From the NCBI GenBank assembly GCA_025340205.1, contig CP006868.1, positions 1,380,001-1,412,000 of the forward strand: a DNA stretch of 32,000 nt, written 5' to 3'. Position numbers and translations under genes: made by a program. Numbering within the stretch: position 1 is the stretch's first letter; each line of letters begins with the position of its first letter. Under the pieces are notes generated by a model, which saw only the letters and a program-made list of their open reading frames with translations, was not told where the DNA came from and made no database searches. This document shows, in pieces, positions 24,501 to 31,579 of the stretch. This DNA comes from Ignicoccus pacificus DSM 13166. GTDB lineage: Archaea; Thermoproteota; Thermoprotei_A; Sulfolobales; Ignicoccaceae.

Positions 24501-24963
24501 CCCTTCCCTTCGGGGAGTTCCACGCAGCCTTTCACCATCCCAAGGCGAAATCTATTATCGCTTTTGATCCTTAACTTTTATTCCCTTGCTCTGATTGAGC
24601 TTAAAGTATCTATAACTTCACGCCTATGGGAACGCTTAACGTTCCATCTCATACCTTTCAATTGTCACATAATGACTAACCTTAAGCTTGCCCTTTGATG
24701 CTTCTATCTTTGTATTCATGAAAGCGGACAAGGATATGAGCGGTTTTCTCCCAGAAGTATGGAAAGGGAAGTTTGAGATTGATTGAATTGAAAGGGAGAA
24801 AGCGATGTTAAGAGAGGATGGAACTGAAGACTTGAAAGGGCAACAGAAGTCTCAATAGGGAATGGCAAGTGCACTTGTCAGTATGAGAGTATGCTTTACG
24901 AAAAGCGCTCCTTCTCGGGCACTTAACGACTCCATGCTGTTAAACGATCCAAAAGTCCATGAG

Positions 24964-24995
24964 CTTCTCAGTAAGAAGTACTTCTTACCGAGAAG
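24964..24995. repeat. 32-bp near-perfect palindrome (CTTCTCaGTAAGAAGT|ACTTCTTACcGAGAAG)
   Basis: Checked base by base. 15 of 16 positions pair, with the single mismatch at a24970/c24989. The central 18 bp (24971-24988) are perfect. Confidence 0.95.
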
Positions 24996-25206
24996 TCATT
25001 CCATATATCAGCAAGTTTTTCCGTGAACTGATAGGGAGATCGCTTGTTGGTATAAAATCGATCCATATGAGGGAGCTTCGAATGTCGCAAGAAGTTTATA
25101 TTGTCCCCGCGCTAAGGTATTGTTGAAGGCACAAAGGCCCTTCAATCTGAGGAACTTCCACGCCCTTTCACGGGTAAAGGATAGTAGCTTACTCGCCTCT
25201 ATCCAC

Positions 25207-25214
25207 TTTATATA
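25207..25214 (+). promoter_or_regulatory. TATA box (TTTATATA) for the DUF655-ksgA unit
   Basis: Lies about 35 nt upstream of the in-frame TTG at 25246. Family-like sequence of the product begins just after that codon. Confidence 0.5.
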
Positions 25215-25245
25215 CTCTCGCTCAACCTTTCCTTGGGACTCTAAG

Positions 25246-25914
25246 TTGCGCCGCGGTAGAGGACATAGGAATCCCCTCTGGTGGGTCAGAAGTGCCAGGA
25301 TACTGGACTTCCTGCCAGAGGGCAGGCCTTTGGATCCGCATCCCGAGCACCGCTCGAGACCGTTCATCCAAGCCCTAGAGGAGAGCAGACTGAAGCTCAT
25401 CTCCACCGGCGCCCGCTACGGGGCCACCTTTACCATCGGTGAGAAGATCAGCTTCAAGCCAATAGATGAAAGAATCATAGGAAAGATCTACGTTATAAAG
25501 TACGAGGACTTGACCGGGGTAGCTCAAGAATCCCTCCCAGAGGTGGTCAGGGACTTCGTTAAGGAAAACGAGAAACTCTTCGTTACCTTCCTAAACATAT
25601 CCGAGCCAATAACCTTGAAGCTCCATTCCCTTGAGCTGATTCCCGGAGTAGGGAAGAAGACTCTAAGGCATATACTCGATGAGAGAAAGGTAAAACCCTT
25701 TGAGAGCTTCGAGGACTTCGAGAAGAGGACCGGATTCAAGAACATAGTTGATGCCTTGGTTGAGAGGATAATAAGGGAGATCAAGGGCGAGGAGAAGTAC
25801 TACTTGTTCGTGGAACCCGAGGGAAGGGGGGTGTTCTTGAACTACCTCGGAGCGGTGAGAAGGCGTGTTAGGATGGACGAGGGCGGAGCTGGCGAGACTG
25901 GGGGTCAGACCTAG
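25246..25914 (+). CDS. DUF655-family predicted RNA-binding protein (OB-fold + helix-hairpin-helix)
   Basis: 'ARILDFLPEG', 'YEDLTGVAQESLPEVVRDFVKENEKLFVTFLNISEPITLKLHSLELIPGVGKKTLRHILDERKVKPFESFEDF' and 'EKYYLFV' fit the DUF655 pattern. It has the conserved archaeal position directly upstream of ksgA. The track ORF starts at 25120, but the added N-terminus has no family-like sequence and lies upstream of the TATA box. Confidence 0.75.
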   Translation: MRRGRGHRNPLWWVRSARILDFLPEGRPLDPHPEHRSRPFIQALEESRLKLISTGARYGATFTIGEKISFKPIDERIIGKIYVIKYEDLTGVAQESLPEVVRDFVKENEKLFVTFLNISEPITLKLHSLELIPGVGKKTLRHILDERKVKPFESFEDFEKRTGFKNIVDALVERIIREIKGEEKYYLFVEPEGRGVFLNYLGAVRRRVRMDEGGAGETGGQT

Positions 25915-26620
25915 CAAGAAGCTCGGCCAGAACTTCACCGTTAACCCCAAAATAATCGAATACTTCCTTTCTCAAGTTCCTCCTAGTTCCTTGGTCCTCG
26001 AAATAGGTGCCGGCTTAGGTGTCCTCACCGAGGCGCTCTCCTCGAGGGCCTCCAAGGTAATAGCGTTGGAAAAGGATAAGAGGCTGTGCGAGTACTTGGC
26101 GAAGAGGTTTAAGGGCAACGAAAAGGTGCTCATAGTATGCGGCGACGCCTTGGAGTACCCCTTGGAAGCGGAGATCTTGGTCGGCTCCTTGCCCTACAGC
26201 ATCTCAGGCCCCTTCTTGGGAAGGGTGTTTACAGAGGGGAAGTGGAAGAAGGCAGTATTCCTCCTCCAGAAGGAGGTTGCTGAGAGGTTAGTGACCGAAC
26301 CAGGAACTAAGGAGTACGGAAGGCTGAGCGTCATGGCTCAGCTATGTTGTGATGTGGAGCTGGGCCCCAAGTGGGGACCCAAGTCCTTCTGGCCTCCGCC
26401 GGAGGTGGAGAGCCAACACGTGGTCTTAAAGAGGAAAAGGTCACTACCGAAGGAGTTCTCTCAATTCCTAGCATGTGTATTTTCACAGAGGAACAAGAAG
26501 GCCAAGAAGGTTCTCCCTAGATGTGGCTCCAGCTGGGAAGGGGAGGAGAGGGTGAGGGAGCTGACTCCTCAGCATCTCTGGGAGGCCTTTGAAAGGTCAC
26601 GAACCTTGAAGGGCGTTTAA
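25865..26620 (+). CDS. rsmA: 16S rRNA (adenine-N6,N6)-dimethyltransferase KsgA/RsmA/Dim1
   Basis: 'KKLGQNFTVNPKII', the SAM motif 'VLEIGAGLGVLTEAL', 'GDAL' and 'LPYSISGPFL'. The GTG start overlaps the DUF655 gene by 50 nt. Confidence 0.9.
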   Translation: MLGWTRAELARLGVRPSKKLGQNFTVNPKIIEYFLSQVPPSSLVLEIGAGLGVLTEALSSRASKVIALEKDKRLCEYLAKRFKGNEKVLIVCGDALEYPLEAEILVGSLPYSISGPFLGRVFTEGKWKKAVFLLQKEVAERLVTEPGTKEYGRLSVMAQLCCDVELGPKWGPKSFWPPPEVESQHVVLKRKRSLPKEFSQFLACVFSQRNKKAKKVLPRCGSSWEGEERVRELTPQHLWEAFERSRTLKGV

Positions 26621-26647
26621 AGGGAAATGAATCGCATCGACCTCCCT

Positions 26648-26656
26648 CTATATATG
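26648..26656 (+). promoter_or_regulatory. TATA box (TCTATATAT)
   Basis: Only about 12 nt upstream of the ATG at 26664. The geometry favours the in-frame GTG at 26688 as a leaderless start. Confidence 0.4.
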
Positions 26657-26663
26657 CCATATC

Positions 26664-27092
26664 ATGCTACTCTCTAGGGGGCGCATCGTGGAACTTAAGG
26701 AGTTCTCCAGCTTCTCTGATGCTATAAAGTACGTTGAGGATCAACTAAATGGGCTCGAGAGGGAGGCCGAGCTCGTCGCCGGCATGCTCGAGAACATCGA
26801 GGAGGTCAGCTCTTCCTTCGAGGAGTTGAGCAAGGAGCTGGGAGGAGAAACCCACGAAGCCTTCTACAAGGCCACAATAGATGACATAACCTTGTACATA
26901 GAGCCAAGCCCTGTGGTTTTGGAAGAAGTAATAAAGAAGAGGGCTCAAGAGCTTTCCTCTCTAATAGAAATATACAGGAAGATAGGCGAGGTCCTCAAGA
27001 AGGCCTCCCAAGCGCTGGGTGATGGGGATGTGACCATCACCTTGGCCATAGAGCCCAACGAAGCCAAGGTCTTCATGAGATTGAAAAGGTGA
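26664..27092 (+). CDS. hypothetical coiled-coil protein
   Basis: 142 aa, acidic and helical in composition ('LEREAELVAGMLENIEEVSSSFEELSKEL'). No family recognised. It lies 6 nt upstream of the next gene. Confidence 0.6.
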   Translation: MLLSRGRIVELKEFSSFSDAIKYVEDQLNGLEREAELVAGMLENIEEVSSSFEELSKELGGETHEAFYKATIDDITLYIEPSPVVLEEVIKKRAQELSSLIEIYRKIGEVLKKASQALGDGDVTITLAIEPNEAKVFMRLKR

Positions 27093-27098
27093 TAAGAA

Positions 27099-28112
27099 TT
27101 GGACATAAACGAGAGATCTCGAATATTTGTAAACGTTTCGAGCAAGTTAGTGCTACTCACCAACGCGAAGCGTGTGGGAAAGGGGAGGTACACGCTTGAG
27201 GAGCTCAAGGAGAAGTCTAAGGGACTAAAAAACTCATGTTTGCTGGTTAAGATGAAGGACATCAGGGGCTACATTCTGTTATGCGACGGCGAGGTGTATG
27301 CCATTGCCTTTCAAGAGCCTCCAGCGCTAGGCGAGAGAGCCTTAGCCTTGATAGGAGAGGACCCGATAAGGGTAGAGATCTACGAGGTACCCAAGGACGC
27401 TGTAAAGAGGGCCGAGGAGTTCTTGGGACTTAAGGAAGAAGTGAAGCAGATGGGAGAGAAGGTAGGAAGGGTCCTAGCCGGTCTAAGCGAGAAGAAGAAG
27501 GCCAAGAAGGAGGAGAAAGAAGAAGAAATCCTTGAGGAAAGCCTCACGGAAGGAGTAATAACGGAGATACCGAGTGAGGAGGAGATACAAGTAGAGGTGC
27601 CTCCTCTAGAGGTCTTAGAGCTAATAGACTTGATTACCTTAAGCGACGAGTTGGCCTACTACTTGGAGAGGGAGGGAATAGAGGCAGAGAGCGACACGCC
27701 CGTTTCCTTAGACAGCACTTACGTGATAAAGATAAACATAAGGGAACCCGTTGGAATAGAAGAACTAGTAAGGGCGCTCTACGAGGCGGCGAAGAAGAGC
27801 GAGGCGACGACCCTCATAGAGGTAAACTTGCCGGGAGGAGCGAAGTACTACTTCGATCCGATATTGTATCAAGGATTCAACGAGGTAATGAGAAGGTTCG
27901 GTATTACAGAAGACGTGATAACATATATAGAGGCACAAGGAAAGGACAAGGCAACTATAGTGGCCTCGCTGAGATCCATGTTGCCTTCGAGGTACGCGTC
28001 CAGGATAATAGCTTCGCTAGTAGACGTGGCTAGGAAGAGGAGGCTCCCGTGGAAGAACATAAGCTTAAACGTAAGGGCAGGATCGATGGTCTTAGTGGGA
28101 GAAGTTCTCTAA
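27099..28112 (+). CDS. hypothetical protein with N-terminal PATAN/DUF4388-like domain
   Basis: The first ~110 aa are 'LLVKMKDIRGYILLCDGEVYAIAF....ALGERALALIGEDPIRVEIYEV'. This resembles the DUF4388 pattern (G.i.f..G.i..A ... GeeAl ... f.f). A Lys/Glu linker and an unassigned C-terminal domain follow. Confidence 0.55.
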   Translation: MDINERSRIFVNVSSKLVLLTNAKRVGKGRYTLEELKEKSKGLKNSCLLVKMKDIRGYILLCDGEVYAIAFQEPPALGERALALIGEDPIRVEIYEVPKDAVKRAEEFLGLKEEVKQMGEKVGRVLAGLSEKKKAKKEEKEEEILEESLTEGVITEIPSEEEIQVEVPPLEVLELIDLITLSDELAYYLEREGIEAESDTPVSLDSTYVIKINIREPVGIEELVRALYEAAKKSEATTLIEVNLPGGAKYYFDPILYQGFNEVMRRFGITEDVITYIEAQGKDKATIVASLRSMLPSRYASRIIASLVDVARKRRLPWKNISLNVRAGSMVLVGEVL

Positions 28113-28117
28113 AAACG

Positions 28118-28696
28118 TTATTTAGAAAATATGCTCTTGAGTCTGTAGATGAGCACGGTGAAGAAGCCGGGCTTGCTTCCATCTGGCAGTATGAGCTTTC
28201 CGCAGCTAGGACAAGTCTTCAGCTTCAAGTCAGCTCCACAGCTCCAGCACCTCTCACTGTCATAGGTGTTGAAGGATCCGCACTTGGGACAACGGTATAT
28301 CTTGAACGTCAAATCGGTCTTACAGTTATAGCATATGACGCTCTTCGCGGCCTTCAACATCTCAGTGAACTTCTCCAATATCCTGTCCAACGCGAAGTCG
28401 TATTTGATCACCAGCACTAGGTCCTTGTACTTGAACACGTAGAGTCTGGTGGTGTCATTTAAGAACACCTTTATGCTGTCAGTATCACCCAGTCCCAGCT
28501 TATTGGTTAGTTCGCTCATCCTGTCGTAGAGGGAGTTGGCAACCGCAGATACGTAGTCTGCATTCTCCTTCTCGATTCCAGCAATGAAGTAAGGTAGACC
28601 CTCGCTGCTTGCCGCCACGTAGCTTATTCCCCTGAGGTTGGCTACTGAGTCCACGAAGCTCTTCAAGCGAGCATCCTCCGCTGGTTGAGCGCTCAA
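28118..28696 (-). CDS. Roadblock/LC7 (MglB-like) domain protein fused to a double zinc ribbon
   Basis: The Robl-like core is 'LKSFVDSVANLRGISYVAASSEGLPYFIAGIEKENADYVSAVANSLYDRMSELTNKLGLGD...LVLVIKYD'. Four CxxC pairs follow (CYNC, CPKC, CWSC, CPSC). The longest ORF reaches 28840 but would overlap the well-aligned nadA start (28773) head-to-head. I prefer the TTG at 28696, with GTG 28759 as an alternative, because an AT-rich box (about 28727-28740) lies midway to nadA. Confidence 0.55.
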   Translation of the reverse strand: MSAQPAEDARLKSFVDSVANLRGISYVAASSEGLPYFIAGIEKENADYVSAVANSLYDRMSELTNKLGLGDTDSIKVFLNDTTRLYVFKYKDLVLVIKYDFALDRILEKFTEMLKAAKSVICYNCKTDLTFKIYRCPKCGSFNTYDSERCWSCGADLKLKTCPSCGKLILPDGSKPGFFTVLIYRLKSIFSK

Positions 28697-28772
28697 GTTA
28701 ACGTACCCAGTAGTTCGAGGTGAAAGATCTAAAATTAAAGTTGTGCTCTGGTAGTGCACCGGGACCAGAGCC

Positions 28773-29687
28773 GTGGAAGAGCTGGTTAAGAAAATAGAAG
28801 AGCTGAAGAGGACTAGGAACGCGTTCATACTAGCACACAACTACCAGCTTCCTGAAGTGCAAGACGTGGCCGACTTCGTGGGAGACAGCTTAGAGATGGC
28901 CAGAGTGGCTACCCAAGTGGATGCAGACGTGATAGTGGTCGCGGGAGTTAGGTTCATGGCTGAAGTGGCTAAGGTACTAAACCCCGATAGGATAGTCCTC
29001 CACCCTGAGCCCGCATCTGGATGTCCTCTAGCGGATCACATGACCCCCGAGATAATCAAGAGGTTCAGGGAAATGTACCCTCACGCTCCTCTGGTAACTT
29101 ACGTTAATTCCACCATAGAGGCAAAGGCCTTGAGCGACATAATAGTAACAAGTGCCTCCGCTTTAAAGGTGGTCTCCAAGCTGGACGATGAGATAATACT
29201 CTTCGGTCCCGACAAGAACCTCGCCTGGTACGTGGCCACTAGGACCGGGAAGACTCTCCTGGCCGTTCCTCCTTGGGGCCATTGCCCCATCCACGAGTAC
29301 TTGGTCTCTCCCTACTACCTGAGGAAGGCCAAGGAGAAGCATCCCGGATGCAAGCTCTTCGTCCACCCTGAGTCCCCTCCGGAGAGCCAAATGATGGCAG
29401 ACTTCGTGGGCAGTACAAGCCAAATGCTTAAGGCTATAGGCGAGATAGAGGCGAGTTGTTACATCCTAGGAACCGAGGAGGGATTGGCTTACAGAGCCAA
29501 GAAGATGTATCCGGACAAGGACATATTCCCTCCCGACTCCAGGACGGTGTGTATAGACATGAAGAAGATAACTTTGGATAAGATAGCTAGAAGCTTGGAG
29601 ACATTAAAGCCTCAAGTTAAGCTCAGAAAGGAACTAATGGAAGCGGCGAGGGAGGCCATAGAGAGGGGCCTAGAGCTCGCCAAGTAA
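28773..29687 (+). CDS. nadA: quinolinate synthase NadA
   Basis: 'RNAFILAHNYQLPEVQDVADFVGDSLEMA', 'YVNSTIEAKA', 'GPDKNLAWYV' and 'VHPESP'. The N-terminus lines up with archaeal NadA as I remember it. Confidence 0.92.
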   Translation: MEELVKKIEELKRTRNAFILAHNYQLPEVQDVADFVGDSLEMARVATQVDADVIVVAGVRFMAEVAKVLNPDRIVLHPEPASGCPLADHMTPEIIKRFREMYPHAPLVTYVNSTIEAKALSDIIVTSASALKVVSKLDDEIILFGPDKNLAWYVATRTGKTLLAVPPWGHCPIHEYLVSPYYLRKAKEKHPGCKLFVHPESPPESQMMADFVGSTSQMLKAIGEIEASCYILGTEEGLAYRAKKMYPDKDIFPPDSRTVCIDMKKITLDKIARSLETLKPQVKLRKELMEAAREAIERGLELAK

Positions 29688-30149
29688 TTCCTTGATTCTC
29701 TTCATTAAGGAATACCACTCTCCCACCGTCTTGAACTTGTACACCCTGGCCTCCTCTGCTCTCAATCCCTTAGGGGGAGTTCCTATGATCAAGGCATTCT
29801 TAGCGACTATTGGACATTCTAAAATGGCAGCGTACTTGGAACTCATGTTAGTTATCACTAGCTCCCAAGGACCTTTCAAATCTTCACACCTTCTCTTTAT
29901 CTTATCCATTAGCTCCTTCACTTCTTCCTTACTCATGTTCCCCAAGTACTTATCGTAGCTCTCTATCTCATCCTCGCACGAGATTATGCCGTATTTAGCG
30001 CTCAAGATGAAGCACTTAGCGTTTAGTTCATCTGCTATCAAAAATATGTTCTTAATGGGACCCATATAGATTTCCTTGGCCTTCCCCCTACCCTTCCTCT
30101 TCCTCTTAGTGCAAGATGTAATAACCAAAACTTTAGAAGTCGGGCTCAA
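29670..30149 (-). CDS. hypothetical protein, DUF6884-like
   Basis: 159 aa. 'VLVITSCTKRKR' and 'FILSAKYGIISCEDEIESYDKYL' resemble the DUF6884 pattern (SC..K ... ILSAkhGL...i.pYD..L). This is from memory and unverified. Confidence 0.4.
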   Translation of the reverse strand: MSPTSKVLVITSCTKRKRKGRGKAKEIYMGPIKNIFLIADELNAKCFILSAKYGIISCEDEIESYDKYLGNMSKEEVKELMDKIKRRCEDLKGPWELVITNMSSKYAAILECPIVAKNALIIGTPPKGLRAEEARVYKFKTVGEWYSLMKRIKELLGEL

Positions 30150-30888
30150 CTCCCTTTGCCCTTAGTAGCTCTCTAGCGAACCAAGCGAATCCCTTTCCAG
30201 CTGGCTCAGGAGCTACTATGTCGGCCTTAGCCTTAAGCACGTCTTGGGCATCTCCTACAGCTACCCCGACTCCGGCCTTTACTACCATGTCCAAGTCGTT
30301 CTCAGCGTCTCCGACGGCCGCCACCTCCCTCATCTCAAGCCCCAGCTTCTGGACTACCCTCTCCACCCCAGCTCCTTTTCCGCAAGTGGAGGGCATCACA
30401 TGAACTGCGTGTCTGCTCACCATTACAGCTATTCCCTTCTTCAAGTAGCCAAACTCCTCTAGGATCTCTTGGGCCTTCTTGGTGTCCTCCTCCGTGGTCT
30501 CCCCGGTAGGGGAGTTCAGGGCGAAGTCGCACCTCCTCCAAGGGTTCTGCCAAGAGGGAGTCCATCCCTTGACGGACCATATCCTCAGCAACACGTTGGC
30601 TGCCTCCTTGGCGAGCGAACAGAGGCCTTCGTCCACTACTAGCTCCTCCCACTTGAAGTCGCCTATTCCACAGCCGTTCTCGAAGACCACGGGGGCGGAG
30701 GTACCCAAGTACCTCTTCAACGCAAGTACTATAGGCCTACTGTTTCCGCTTACCAATATCACCTTTATTCCGTTCTTCTCCAAAGCCCTCAGCGCCTTTA
30801 TGGCATCCACATCCAGTAGGAATGAGATTCCTTGGGTGAGAGTTCCATCCACATCAGCGGCTACAGCCTTCACTTGCGACAAGTCCAC
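30133..30888 (-). CDS. HAD-superfamily (subfamily IIB) phosphatase, archaeal phosphoglycolate/sugar-phosphate phosphatase-like
   Basis: Motif I 'VAADVDGTLT', 'VILVSGNS' and motif IV 'GDAENDLDM'. Overlaps both neighbours on the same strand, by 17 and 19 nt. Confidence 0.75.
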   Translation of the reverse strand: MDLSQVKAVAADVDGTLTQGISFLLDVDAIKALRALEKNGIKVILVSGNSRPIVLALKRYLGTSAPVVFENGCGIGDFKWEELVVDEGLCSLAKEAANVLLRIWSVKGWTPSWQNPWRRCDFALNSPTGETTEEDTKKAQEILEEFGYLKKGIAVMVSRHAVHVMPSTCGKGAGVERVVQKLGLEMREVAAVGDAENDLDMVVKAGVGVAVGDAQDVLKAKADIVAPEPAGKGFAWFARELLRAKGVEPDF

Positions 30889-31472
30889 CTCTCGATCACC
30901 TCCTTGAGCTCGGAGTAGAGGGGGTGTAAAACGAGAGCGGACTTCCTTACCTCAGCCCAAGAGTCCCTCTGGGTTATCGTTACCAAGTACCTCCTCTTCT
31001 CCTCGTTTATCGGTGCCACGCTAACCGCCTTGTTGCCCGAGGTGAGGACTATGCCGTTCACCTTCATCTTTCCGAGGAAGTCTCCCTCTACCTCTCCCAT
31101 ATCACACAAGCTCAGCTCGTCCTCAACTACCGCCACTATCTCTCCCATCTCTATTTCATCCTCTTTCATTCCAACCTCAGTTATCATGGCTATCATTTCC
31201 GATACATAGTCCTTAAAGTTATCAAATCCTCCGAAGATCGTCAAGGACAATGCGTCGGGGGTTACGTAAACCTTGTACGCCGGGATCTCCGGGGGCTCGC
31301 CGGGCTTGATGCCGATGAGGCCGGGCTCTGGAGCCAAGATCTCGAAGGTTCCGTCGGCTTTGGGGAGGACCTCGGCGCTCCAGAACCCGTTCTTCGCCAA
31401 TTCCTTGCTCAGCAATGGTAAGTCCAAGGGCCTCTTGAAGTACATAGTCAACCTTACGCTTCCAGAGACCAA
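30870..31472 (-). CDS. hypothetical protein
   Basis: 200-aa ORF with coding-like composition. It is first in the three-gene minus-strand unit with the HAD phosphatase. No family recognised. Confidence 0.5.
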   Translation of the reverse strand: MVSGSVRLTMYFKRPLDLPLLSKELAKNGFWSAEVLPKADGTFEILAPEPGLIGIKPGEPPEIPAYKVYVTPDALSLTIFGGFDNFKDYVSEMIAMITEVGMKEDEIEMGEIVAVVEDELSLCDMGEVEGDFLGKMKVNGIVLTSGNKAVSVAPINEEKRRYLVTITQRDSWAEVRKSALVLHPLYSELKEVIERWTCRK

Positions 31473-31579
31473 CTTAACACCGCTTGACCTCCGCGAGGGG
31501 GTAGATAAGGCGCTCTGAGGAGGAGCTCCATGTACGTTAAAAATGCTCCTTTTCGCTCAACCTTTTGAAGGTAGGTAAA

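Larger units (their letters stand above)
24676..25245 (+). pseudogene. possible decayed coding remnant, a stop-interrupted frame continuous with the DUF655 gene
   Basis: One reading frame runs from 24676 into the DUF655 CDS. It has only three in-frame stops: TGA 24784-24786, TAG 24856-24858 and TGA 25024-25026. No family recognised in the translation. Confidence 0.25.

Noticed and set aside
24775-24840. CRISPR-repeat-like ending GATTGAATTGAAAG (crenarchaeal repeats often end ATTGAAAG) and nearby ACTTGAAAGGG
   Set aside because: Only one reasonable copy exists. The related GAAAGGG motifs are about 30-45 nt apart, too close for repeat-spacer units, and share no full-length repeat. No cas genes or leader are in the window.
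25008-25406. 132-aa minus-strand ORF containing 'CSGCGSKG', which briefly suggested a TnpB/transposase zinc-finger remnant
   Set aside because: Its N-terminal half, including the CxxC, is antisense to the conserved N-terminus of the DUF655 gene. There are no other transposase motifs and no terminal inverted repeats. A single CxxC is not evidence.
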